From Trichoplax sp. H2 (taxonomy: Eukaryota): a stretch of 64,000 nucleotides of DNA. The notes under the pieces were generated by a model. That model did no database searches. It was not told the origin of the DNA and saw only the letters and a list, made by a program, of their open reading frames with translations. Below, in pieces: positions 50,011 through 62,578 of the stretch (positions within the stretch are counted from its first letter, which is position 1; every line of letters begins with the position of its first letter). The stretch lies in the NCBI GenBank assembly GCA_003344405.1, contig NOWV01000017.1:186001-250000 (forward strand), read 5' to 3'. The position numbers were made by a program, and so were the translations under genes.

Positions 50011-53000
50011 ATGGTAAATGTTTACCGTATTTTAATGTCTCCACTCTCCACTTTCAACGTCTGTGCACAGTAATGACTAAAATCATCTCCTCAAGTCAAT
50101 GATAAAGCACAGACTTGTTAAAAAGTCCCTCCAGAAAGTAGGTACCGTCGTACCTGTATACTAGTCTATAGTTACCAAAATATTGTAAACGTTTGCATCT
50201 ATACTTTCTACAGTAATTACTAAAATCGTCCCCGCGAGCCAATGATAAAACAGGGACGTCTTAAAAGGTCCCTATGTACTAGTCATTTGTTACCAAAATA
50301 TCGTAAACGTTGGCATCTGTACAAGTATACGTGTGCTTGATAAATTCCATTTCCAACATCAAAAAGTGTTTATTTTCGCATAGGTGTTCGTTTTCAATCC
50401 ACACTCACTCAACTTGAAGATAAATACTATTTCAATTTATTGAATTTTTACCATCACCTATAAACTTTACATGATTGTTAATGATACATCGATGCAACTG
50501 TTATCGTCTCTTACTATTGCCTCCGAAATTTTAATTGTCCTTGTTTTGTAACTACAGTACTGTATGTGTTCCTGGAAGATAAATAATTAAGTATGTGTAA
50601 AATACGATCTTTACATCCTTTAAAGCACGATCCGTAAAGGCTTTTTTTACCTCTATGGTATGATCCTTGTTAATAGATACAGACTGTAGTAAATTTTGTC
50701 ATTATCCAGAATTGACTTTTCTATTATAAGCTACGCTAAAGGCTACCTTTTTCAAGATCAAAATGTTATTATCGCTGCGTTAGTGCCTTCGACTACAGTA
50801 CTGTTACTTGTAGTTGTACTGCATATGAGTGTTATAGATAATGTCGGGTAATGAATAGTATCGAAACTATCCGGGTAGCAACAGCAATTAGATAATAACT
50901 AAGATCAGTCCTACTAGGAGAATTAGGGGATAACACCAATACTATCCTGGATACCTCTAATGCTATCCATAAACCGATATTACACATAACATACCAGTAA
51001 TCGATTGTACTGTTAGCGTATAGTTATCTGAGATTAATTATGGATATCATGCTTCAATTAGTATTACAGTAGATTCAGTTAATTAACACTATTCAAACAT
51101 TAGAATAGAGTAATAGAAATCAACAATATGTAGCTACGAACAGCTACTAACGTTAATTTATGTACAGTATGTACGCCCATAATGCTAAAAGTCGCTCCGT
51201 ATGGCAAACCTTACCTTCAGGATTTAGGGCTACCACTTACAATATCTTCTTGTACGCATGTTCGCTGTAAATAGACAAATGTTATAATTAGCTTAAGACT
51301 AAAAATGCATGCTTGTTGGTATCAACAGGACCTCATTCGATCACCGAGGCTTAAGCAGGAAGAAATAGAAATGAATCAACAAGATGATGCTTCTACGTCT
51401 AGCCAAATCGGTACAAAATTGTCAATAATATACATATAGCATGTTTATAGGATATTTACTCTACTGTAAATGAAGCCTGTCTTCTAAGATGATTACTCAT
51501 AAGCTGACTTTAGCTATTCCTTGATTAAGTATCTCTCCGTGCTGATTTCTAAAACTACAATAGATGATATTATCTCGTAGTCATAAATCAATTTATGATA
51601 ATAGCTCAAGATACAGAAATGCTCTGATGGGCTACGGTATTTTATTAATTATATACCTATGTAATACTCATCATTTCAGTCATCTATCTTTGGTCTGGTA
51701 TTTAGACTATAACCATGATTAATAGGTTAATTTTATATATATATATATATATCTGTATAAGGAATGTTGCTAAATGCCTGTGTAATGAATATGTAAAATA
51801 TCCTACAGTTTTTACCATAATGTTACAAACTTATAGATATTGCACACAGTAATAACATTTAATTTGTTATTGTACTAGCATTGCTAACTAGATGTATAAG
51901 AAATAATAGTTAATTGATACCATTTAATATGAAACGTGAAATAATATCAAATCACGTTGTAATCGTTGCTATAAATCGATTCCAAAGTAACTACTCCTTT
52001 TTTATACAAAATCTGACGTATGTAGTGGATCCTTATTTTACTGATCAACATGGAGATGATCTGAATGATGATGACGAGCAAGATGTTCAAGACCCTTTAG
52101 AAAGGAAACGGACGGCACACTCAATTGCTGAACAGAAGCGACGGGATGCGATTAAGGTTGGTTAAATTCAAAAATTTTCGTCCCCTGATATAAACATAAT
52201 CACTTACAATCTTCTTCTATATAAAAGCATGCAACTGTTATTCCTTTACTCTTTGAAAAATCTAAAATTTAATATATTAAACAAAATAGAAAGGGTTTGA
52301 AGATTTACAAACGCTTTTACCAACGCTTCGAAATAGCAGCAACGCCGGACAAAAACATAGCAAAGCAATCATATTACAACGGGGTAAATTAGAAAAATCA
52401 TTACCCGATAAACGTCATCGATAATTAAGATATAAAAGTAAATCTTCACATTGCTTATCGTATCATTCTGTTTAACAAACGAAATAATTAGCCGTAGAGT
52501 ATCTACAGTATTTAACTGAAGATAGAAGAAAATTACACGAACAATTAGATCAATTTCGAAAAGAAGTTATGGCCTTGGAAATTATGAAAACGTAATGCTG
52601 TGATAAAACTGTGATAATTATAAATTCACTATGTTGATGGAATTGACAGAGCTAAAATATTGATCAATTAACTGTTAATAATAATTCCTCTGTTGATTAG
52701 AAACTACGAACAAATTGCTCGAGTACATAATCAGGTAAAATTTTATGCTTACTTGCTATATATTCATGAATATCCTAGTAGTAGTGTACGTATATACACG
52801 GGTTAACTATTTAATTTAAACCTACTATGCAATCTTTTGTATACTCGAAACATTCACATATATTCTAACTGATTAATCATTCATATTTTACTTCTTTCAG
52901 CCACAACAAGAGAGTGGTATCACTGATGAAGAGCAATTCGATGCGGTAAAGCTTGGCTTAGGATGATATTGCAGAATTTCAAGCACCATTTACAGATATG

Positions 53001-53391
53001 ATGATGTATACAATACACTATCCTTTCTTGTCTAATAAACTAATATTTTAATTCTTTTTGATTCTTGTCATCGTGATGCACGAAACCTGCACAGTTCAAG
53101 AGTATTATGGATACACAGTTTCAAAGTTTCGATAGTTCGGTCAATTTAAGTAATTTCGAAGCTTTATCTGGTAGCATAATTAATTGGTTGGAATCAAGTT
53201 GGAAACCTGAAGTAGGTTTCGTAATTTTAATATGTATAATGAATTATTGGCTTTGCATTTTCTTTGGACTAAAAAATTGTATCCTATGCTATATAAAAAT
53301 TCTACAATTATAGATGATGCAGAACGCGTTGGCTAACTCTCTACGAGCAATGAATGAACCAGACCATTTCAAAACCAATCGACCATCATGA
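50011..53391 (+). CDS. MLX: Max-like protein X, bHLH-ZIP plus DCD; spliced
   Basis: ERKRTAHSIAEQKRRDAIKKGFEDLQTLLP, KHSKAIILQRAVEYLQYL, RKEVMALEIMKTNYEQI and IMDTQFQSF...NFEALSGSIINWLE; stop TGA at 53389-53391. The start (CACC-ATG|GT at 50011, joined to exon 51329-51410) is inferred. Confidence 0.9.
50068..50322. repeat. Two diverged direct copies (~110-135 bp) in MLX intron 1
   Basis: CAGTAATKACTAAAATC...GTTACCAAAATATYGTAAACGTTKGCATCT at 50068-50203 and 50211-50322. Confidence 0.8.
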
Positions 53392-54170
53392 CACCTGTAT
53401 GAAATTCGATTGCGATAAATGTCTAAATAACATAAAGAGGGCATCACCAACGATTTTTATACGAAACTTTTAACTATAAATTAATAATTGATGACATTTT
53501 GCACGTCACTAATAACGCTACGTGTATATCCTATTCTTGCGTATACTTGTAGCGATGAATCAGAAGAAGAACAAAAGTTACTTAGCATGTTTAAGTGACG
53601 TACGAGAAGGAGCGCATTCTATTTTCATGATTCGATACACCCTTAAAGATGACGTAGCCATCTGGTTTTATTGACAATTGAACTATTAGTCTACTTTAAT
53701 TGTTACATTTGATGGTTCAATTGCCAACAAAATATTCAAAAGATTTCCCTGCTAACTTTTTAAATATCTTTCGAATATAATTTTTAAAAGTTAGCTATTG
53801 TAATTTGTAGCTACCAAACGAAATATTTACGTAAATATGTTTATATTCTATTAATCTCGCAACAGTTTCGTTAAATAACCTAGCTCCATCGATTATTTAC
53901 TCTATTACCAGTAACATTGCTAAAGCTGTATCACATTAATACACTTATATATTATAATACTCTAATAAGATAAATTGACATAACCTTAATGTTACCGTAA
54001 ACTCTTACCCTTTACTTCAAAATGAATTTTAACTACGGTATTATGGTTGCATATTATCAATTTTTATATCTAGCTCAATCTACTTTAATTTTTCACGTGA
54101 AAATAGTTTGTTGACAAGTTTATATCAACCTCTATCGCACTTTGTTGTGTAATGTATGTATGACATTAAA

Positions 54171-57100
54171 TCAGAATAATTTATCATTCAGCAAAATCAG
54201 ATTCTCAACAACAAGGCGTTGGCTTCTCATGTCGGTTAAATTTTGCCACCCTTCCTCGCTGATTGGTGTTTTCATAATCGAAGGACCAAATACTACGCCA
54301 AGGTTACTTGCACTCATCAAATTTTTATCTTCGTGTTTGATAACTCTGTAATACATTTGTGATATTGCAGCACTGATTATCTTTATTGCTTTAAATAGTA
54401 ACTAAGATGTCATACGTTTATCTTTATTACCGTATATGATACGATCTATTATTTATAGTTCCAGCATATGGATACTAAAATATCTTTCTGTATATATATA
54501 ACGTTAAGTTTTCATTGCGAGTGTATTTTACCAGCTTGTTATAGCTTACCTATTTAAGTGTTGAACTAAGTGCTTTAACATATCGTAATGGGCAGGCGGA
54601 AGAGCCGACAATAACTGTTTCAATGTATTGACTTTATCTATTTCATGTTTCATATCTATCGCAAAATTTCCATAATGAGCGTTATCATAATTATATTAAC
54701 GACTCATTGATAAGAAATTCTTAACTTCAAAATATCGCATTAAAATATCACTTGAAAAAAGACCTGCCAAAATTTTCTTATCTACAATGAATTACCACAT
54801 GATGTAATGATAAATTTTTACATACCCACTATTTCGATAAAGGCATTGTACTGATGGTAAGGAATCAAAGGTACAGGCAATTCTCGAAGGTATAATTTTA
54901 GAAGACTAGTTATAACCTGAATATGAGGATATAACTGCGGTGTCAATTCGACCTTGGTATCGTCTTCAGTTTGCAAGATCAGGAGAAATTAATTATTAAG
55001 CAGTGATCAATATCATAATGCATAAAGTCAATCATTACTTAACCAATCCTGTCTGATATCAAGAATTAACATTATGCTCGAAAGATAATTTATAATACAA
55101 TCAAAGTCTATATGCACTTAAAGGTGATATACCAAGATCATAGAACTACTCTGATTTATGTTATATTTCCCTTCACGTCGTGACAGTATGGATCTTGCTA
55201 CAATCTCACTTACGCATACATAAAATCAACACTATCTATGGCAATCGGATATTTAAATCTGAGCTAAATATCCTTTGTGGAATATTATTCAAATTTCATT
55301 ACCTTCATCAAATTTGCTCTTAAGTATCTTTACATCCGTTGCAGAGCCAGGCTCTCTGTACAACCCTTCAGTATCGATCCCTTGTTTTTAAAATTATAAA
55401 TGAGGAATGTAAAATAATGGCGAAAAAGTTTACAGCATTTTCAATTATGCTTGTGTATATATACTTGTATAAGAAAAATTTTTCTACTACAAACACTTAG
55501 GATAGTAAAAGAGACGAAATTTTATATCGCATTCTATTCTCAAACAAATTTTCTGGTTGCAAAAGAATAAAATTCTACGTATTTTAACTCATTTTACCCC
55601 AGCTTTCAACAGCTTCCACACATTTATCAAAAACTAGCGGGCGAGGAGTATTGGTCAAGCTTAGTAAGGCAGTTAAATCAATTCCAAATACTATTTAATA
55701 AGTAAAATCAGTAGTAAATAATAAAAATATGCATTGGCCAGTCAGCGTCGTTCTATGTTCATTAAATAACTGGATTCCTGTCGAACGCTCGATCTGTACC
55801 TCGATTTGAAATCTTTTTAGGTGTGCAGCCGGTAATCACTCTGTTAATACATTGCTTATGAACGCAGTATCCACATTCTGGATTCATTATAAAAAATTGA
55901 GTCCGATTTTAAAATAATATTAGGAATAGAAACCAAAATCGAACTAGTATCTAGATGATTATACAGATACAGGTCATAATACTTTATGGTAATGTCATGT
56001 TATGAACGTTGAAGATGCCTAATATACAGTAATATATGCAGCTGATAGTGATAGTAGAATCAGTACACACTGTGAAAGTTTAATGATAGAAAACAGTATT
56101 CTAGATTCTATTACTTTTGCATCTTGCTCCTTGTTGCTTTAGCCCCCACATGAAATTTCGACAATAATCACACCAATGAAAGCCAACAAAGCTTGTCATC
56201 TACGTATATATATGATGTAAAATTCATATCAAGCAGTTAAGATTGCCTGTAATGATGCAACTATTGATATATATCTAGTGCAATATGGACCTTAAATTTG
56301 TGGTTCTCGCTTGATAGAAGAACAGTTTTCTATTAAAATAACGATTATTCGCAATATTATGATTATAATTTTTGATTTAAATCGCTCGAGACCACAATTA
56401 TAGTGGAAGTAAAATAAATTAACTTGGTTATCATGGACCTTTTCAGTCATTCCTTCAATACTGGCATTACTGGCAGTACTTGTATTTCTTTTCTTGTCCA
56501 TCGTTGATTTGCCATCGACGTTATCTACTTGAAAGAAAATTTAGTGATAAATTTCATCCTTGTCTTTAACAGTTGACAAGCCATAGATAATACTCCCATA
56601 GTAACAGAAATCGCTTTGATAGAATAGATAGCACTAGAGCTTTAGATGCTTGAGAAATTGTAGGTATAACATAGCCCTCCTCTCAGATATTACTGTTAAT
56701 ACTACATATAACTGCGGTAGCCATTCTATATCCGAATTTCATATGTATATTTATTAAAGAATTTTGAAACGCAGAAATTTAATGGATGTTAAGACTCATA
56801 TCGTAGAAAATAATACACAAGATTTCATTAATAAAGTTAGATTTGACCAACTAGTGTTATAATATCATAGTATGATTGTGGAATCAATAACTTATAAAAT
56901 TTATGATTTCTGTACCTGCTTCAGAGCCTTTAAAATCTGTCCAACCAAACAGCCTATCAATATAATTTCTACCTTTCGTTGTAACATAGAGCGATATTAA
57001 GCCATCTTCAACCAGGTCATAAACAGTGTCATATTTCTTCTCATCTATATTACGAAATAATTTAATAGTTATAGACCTTCATGAAACTCATTAACTAAGC

Positions 57101-59501
57101 CGTTATTTATGAGATAATGCTATTACAAATATCCTATTTCGGGTGATCACTTTACTCGTAAACTATGCTTTTAAGTAATTCAGTACTGACAAATTCAATA
57201 TTAATACAATATCCATCGCTTTAAATTACCAAAATAGTGTGTGATAAAAACATAAATATGATTGAGAAGTTCTTTACCTATGAAATGGTGTGAGCCATCG
57301 AAATATAGTCGATAATGTTTCACTTCTTTAAACAACCTAGTTTTAATCAAGAATAGCAGTAAATACCTTGTAATACAGTAAAATGAATTAATAAAACGGT
57401 AATATCTATAAATGCCAAGATTGTACCATGATATAAATTTTGAACAGCTGCAATAACCTTGTGCTACCATATAAATTAAGTAAACAATACTGAAAACGAG
57501 AACGATGACAACAGCTATCTTACTTGAATGAAAGAGAATAGTTTCCTAAACTTTTAAGGCTTTCTCTTACTAAGTAAAATCCATCTCGAAGCAGTAGTTT
57601 ATTCGTATCTTCTCTAGCAATGGCACCATGATATCTAATAATCAATTTTAAAGTTAGCCTGTGTCTTACCACAATAAACTTTATATAATTTCAGTTATTT
57701 CATCAAAATTTCTTAGGTCTAGCATTTGAAGTTAACGAATTGAAAAGCTCTCAAGAAACATGACGAATAGCTTTTGCTTAGAACAAAGTAACGCGATGAA
57801 TCACTAAGTAAGATTATTTTAAAGATTAAGAGTTTGATGTGGTAAATTCAAAAATTTACGTTGCCAGGAGATATTTTATTCCACTCGATCTTTAGATACT
57901 AAATATCATTAGCTATAGTATATGATAGTTAGTGTAGCAATTTAACTTAAGCCTCAGCTACGAATTCAACAGTGATATCTTAAAGACAATGATAAATGCC
58001 AACTAAAATTAGTATTATTAAGGCGTTCTGTATCGTTGATACCAAAGTCTATACTGTAACGCATTTGAACTTACTCATTTCCGTAGTGAAGAGGCATTTC
58101 TTGCTAATAAATCGATTGTCGAATATGAAAGTAAATCAGATAGTTAATAGAAGTATATATATATAGTTAGGCAGTCTAGCTATCAAAGATAAATATAATT
58201 GATAGTTAATTAAATGTAATCGTTTAAATCAGAAACCTGTCTTAAACAAGCTACTGGGTGTGGCTTTGGAGCCTCCATTTGCAACTGGCAGACTTTGCAA
58301 TATTGAAAACATTTAAGGTGCCAGAGAATTAATTAATTAATCAATTAATATCAAGGCTTAATTTTTCTATACAGATCCTATCGTTCTAGTAATAAATAGT
58401 GATGCGTCTGTCAGTTTTATTCTTAAAATCGAATTAAAGACTTACGGTAAGACATCCACTGGGTGTTATCTTCTTCCATATCAATTTCTAATAGAAATTA
58501 ACATAGGAAAAAATATGAATTGAAGTATGATACTTGATGAAGGTTACACAGAAGGCAACAACTTATTCGGTCATAGTTATTACTGAATAAAACATGGAGG
58601 GATCTAGGCTTCTATTAGCTGAACTTTTATAGCTAGAAATCAAATTGAAAATCTATCTTTGGGACTATCTTTAGTATAATACAGAAACTAGCAGGTAAAA
58701 AATGAATCGATAATTTTGAACTATGAGGGATTTCCTCTAGCATAACGAAGCCTAATTGTCGAAAGTAAATATACAGAAATCACGAGTATGAACGATTATG
58801 GCTGTAAAATGTTAATGAGATAGATAAATAAAATAGAATAAAGAATATAATTCCTTCTAATTATCCAATATAAATCTACGATCGATTATTTCTAACCTTG
58901 ATTATTCGCCTAAAGGCATGTTAAAAAAATGACCATAATGAATATGAGTCATACGAAGAGGAAACAATTCCCAGATATTGTGATGTAATCCAGTACATTA
59001 AAATAGGGACCGGGAAGAAAATTAATACATGAAAATTATTTAATTTGTCGATTAGATGCTACTCTTTGTAATATTATAATTGAGTTAATATGATCTTATG
59101 AAGTATTTCAGCACTAATGCAACTCATTTTGCTAACGTACGGTGGAAAGACTTTCAAACACCAAATTACAATATTCTTAGGACTTCAAAGACGAAACACT
59201 GCTAAAACTAATGTGAAAATTATATAATGGAATAGAAACTATCGATTTCTCTTATTTTTATCTATCTATTCGAATTGTAAGCATTAATCCTGATGGATAG
59301 ACGAGTTTAATTCAACTGAAAGAGTTAACTATTACTGCAATTTTACAGAATATTCCTTTAGTATATCCTGTAACATTGAGTCACTGATGTATCATTGCGC
59401 ATAGGTCGGCCTAGAGATAATTTGATCAAGTCATCTTTCACGTTATTAAAAATAAATTTATATACCATATCAACGTCATCCAGAGACTTGTTATTATCCA
59501 T
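54171..59501 (-). CDS. Chimaerin (SH2-C1-RhoGAP), CHN1/CHN2 pro-ortholog; spliced
   Basis: [17 protein letters not shown]2 YHGAIARE...GFYLVRES and [11 protein letters not shown]1 H-x12-CDYC...[12 protein letters not shown]...[46 protein letters not shown]. The 5' exons 59501-59466 and 58909-58897 are inferred from splice phase. Confidence 0.92.
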
Positions 59502-60146
59502 GATATCGACGAAAAATGATGAATCGTTTAAGTTCTTTAATAATGCAAATAATAACTGATTTATTCTATATCAATGCTATAACAAGTAATGCCTTATGAA
59601 CAATTAATGGCGAAGATTTGAACTATTGTTACTGTTTAGTATATTAAGCTATAGTCTTAAGTATGTCATGTACAGCATATCGTGTGCACCCTATCATGAA
59701 TTTGTAGCAACTCCACCATTGCAGCATGGGTATATTTTTTAAGCCAATTAGAATATCTGAATACTCATTATGAATCTTAAAAAAATTTTAATAAGATTCA
59801 ACTTGTTGATGTTAACGTGGGCTAACTGGCTTGTGCCACTTATGATGTGATATTTTTACATGCTAATAATATCCAGCTACTGATTTCGGACTTTACAATT
59901 CATAAATGTAAAAAAACTTCAACTTTATGCCACTTTGTTATGATAAAACAGTAGGGTATATTTATGTTTATAAAATTTAGAAAATTGGGTATATCATTCT
60001 AAAACTAGGAGGTGGAGCAATCTCATCACGAGAACGCACAGTCATCTGATTTTATTTAGCATACCCAGGTCATTATCGTAATATTGTAATGGTTTACCGT
60101 ATTGATGGTATGATGGTATTTTTTTCATAATATTCTAATGACTCAC

Positions 60147-60817
60147 CATAATGATAGTATTATTCCTAATATTGAAATTACACAACCAAAAATTGCATTC
60201 CCATATTCTTCTGGGTATACACATATACTATACACGGTCAGGATATGCATAAAGGAAGCCATATACCACTAATGCTTTGCTAAATCTAAAAGTTGTTCGA
60301 TATAATATAGCATGCCATTTGGATTAATTTTATGCAAATATTTATGAGCACAGTTGTTTATCTAAGGGATTCAGGTTGCATAAAAGAAGGATGAAAAGGC
60401 TCAGGATGCGTACATACGCTAATTATTTTTAAGCGAATCGCTCAAACTATGTCATACTAGTATAGTTATATTATAACTGAATCTCTAGTGTGTAGTATTA
60501 ATTCTTTTGGTATTTTAATTTAAGGCATCAAACATACATTTTTGAATGCTATAAAAGTAATCATCAGGCCATAAAATTCCTAGATTAATAATTTATGTGT
60601 TATAACTCTGTATGGTGACATGTCATATTATTTTCATTGCAATCATATTACATAATTGTTTAGACCTATTATACGAGAAAAATTAGTTTATTTTTGCTTC
60701 TACTGAATGGTATGGAATACCAAATCATCTATGAAAACATACTGCTATCAAGAATAGTTGAATATCATTTCTTTGGTATGGGAATATCAGTGCTATAGAA
60801 AGACAAATTAATGATAC
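60147..60817 (-). pseudogene. Candidate pseudogene (or unannotated gene) for a hydrophobic membrane protein
   Basis: Phase-compatible exons 60817-60743, 60579-60538 and 60361-60147 with GTATGT/GTATGT/GTGAGT donors; one in-frame TAG at 60271-60269. Confidence 0.45.
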
Positions 60818-62377
60818 CTAAAAGATTTTTTTCAATAACGAGCTAAACATGCTCTACGAGGTTGCTAAATTATAATGGAGACTATGAAAACATTAAAGAA
60901 CTTTCTTAAAAGCCTTTGATTAGTAATGGAAATGTAGTATCATCACGTTTAGAAAGTGTATATTATACGTATTATTAAATTGGCTTCATATTAAAATTAT
61001 GTAATTATAACAGATTTGATAAATCTTTTTGACCATACCTAATACATATCATAGATCATAAAATATGTAGTCTATAGTAACCTAAATTGTTTACATATTA
61101 AAATTTAACTGCAACCAATTTGAATTGAATTTATTATCATCATAATCATAAACTTACATGATGCTTGATCAATGTACACATAAGAATCAACACTTACAAT
61201 AGCCCTTAACTCCCCTTTTTATGCCACAAATAATAATGATGAATAAATAGCGTAAAGATCGTAAATAGTTTTATTAGTATTAATTTATTAATTTGGAATT
61301 CATGAATTCAACAATTTAAAGAGCGCTTCCAGGAAAAAGGCTGTTACTTAAAAATTAACTGTTTAAACAAGTTTATAGAATTAAAAGGCCAAGTCTATTT
61401 TGGATACAATGGTAAAATTTCTTTGATGTTGTAAATTTCCAACTGCAAAATTTCTAAAAATTACGGTCTTACTGTATTCTTCAAACTGTTACATTAGTTC
61501 ATAAAGTGTATTATGAGAATATCATGAACCGCATCTGATAAAAAGACATGTCCAATCTAAGATATATCTTCAGGTCGAGAGATAATTTAAAAAATATTTC
61601 TTGTAAATCTACGTGACTATAAGATATACTCGTATTATTAAGAAATAATTTATAGTTAGGCAAAAAAATAGTTTATTGAAGTCGTTATTCTTATAATACC
61701 ATTAATACATTTTCAAACTCATGTTTAAGCAAATCTGTAAGTTCAAATCGCGAGAACAAGCAGTTACTAGTCGCTTTTTTCATATAGTATACAGTTTCCT
61801 GGGCATAACATTAGCTATTCACCTAATATCTTCTCAATCCATTTATTGTTCGAGATTGCTACAACGATAAGATTTATAAGCGTTTTCTGATTCTAATATT
61901 TTCAAATGCCGCAAGAACGCAATCTTATGTATTGATATAAATAGTATCGCTTTTTATAAGAATAAAACCGGTTAAAAATTGTAATTATACGAATGACTTA
62001 CTTAACAACGGACTCAAAGGAAAACATTTCATTTTAAGTCAAAAGATTATATATCACACGAACACAACGCATACTCGTATGTGCAATACCTATGTTTGAT
62101 GATCATTCCTAAATACAAAATAAACAAATAATACAATATATTTATTCTATGGGCTTGATGCATCATTGTGCCTATCTCGCACTAGGAAGAGATTTCTATA
62201 TAGTATGATAACCTAATTATGAATTTTCTGTCGATGTAATGCCTTACGTAGAATATATTTCCGTTCATCGATTGGGTATTAAATTAGTATTGAATATAAT
62301 TGGAGTAATTCTGCAGAACGTCTAAATGTCCCTGCTTCTGTTTTAATAGGTTGGGTGGGTGCTGGGTGTGGCAGTGA

Positions 62378-62510
62378 TGTACAGTACTGTACAGTGTCCA
62401 GTACAGTACATTGTACAGTAGCGCATAGTACTGTACTGTACTGTACTGTAAAGCGTACAATTGCACTGTGCGACGTGAGTGAGTGATTGTGCGCAGTACA
62501 GCGTACAGCA
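62378..62510. promoter_or_regulatory. TACAG/CTGTA cluster upstream of the nucleoside hydrolase
   Basis: TACAGTACTGTACAGTG and TACTGTACTGTACTGTACTGTA lie 70-200 bp 5' of the ATG. Confidence 0.45.
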
Positions 62511-62578
62511 TAGAGATACAGCATAATAAGAAAACCTCTTCCTGTACACTGCTTGAAGGATTAGTTTGGCAATTAAAG

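Noticed and set aside
51733-51752. (TA)n microsatellite in an MLX intron
   Set aside because: Ordinary short repeat with no further structure.
1677-57470. Most 60-95 aa ORFs in the supplied track
   Set aside because: They are antisense or intron read-through of the spliced genes, or chance ORFs with non-ATG starts.
12332-59501. U12-type (AT-AC or GTATCCTT) introns
   Set aside because: All junctions I checked were ordinary GT-AG; ATATCCT/GTATCCT matches were not at exon ends.
62483-62578. N-terminal extension of the hydrolase ORF from a GTG start
   Set aside because: Eukaryotic gene; the first ATG at 62579 sits just before the conserved domain.
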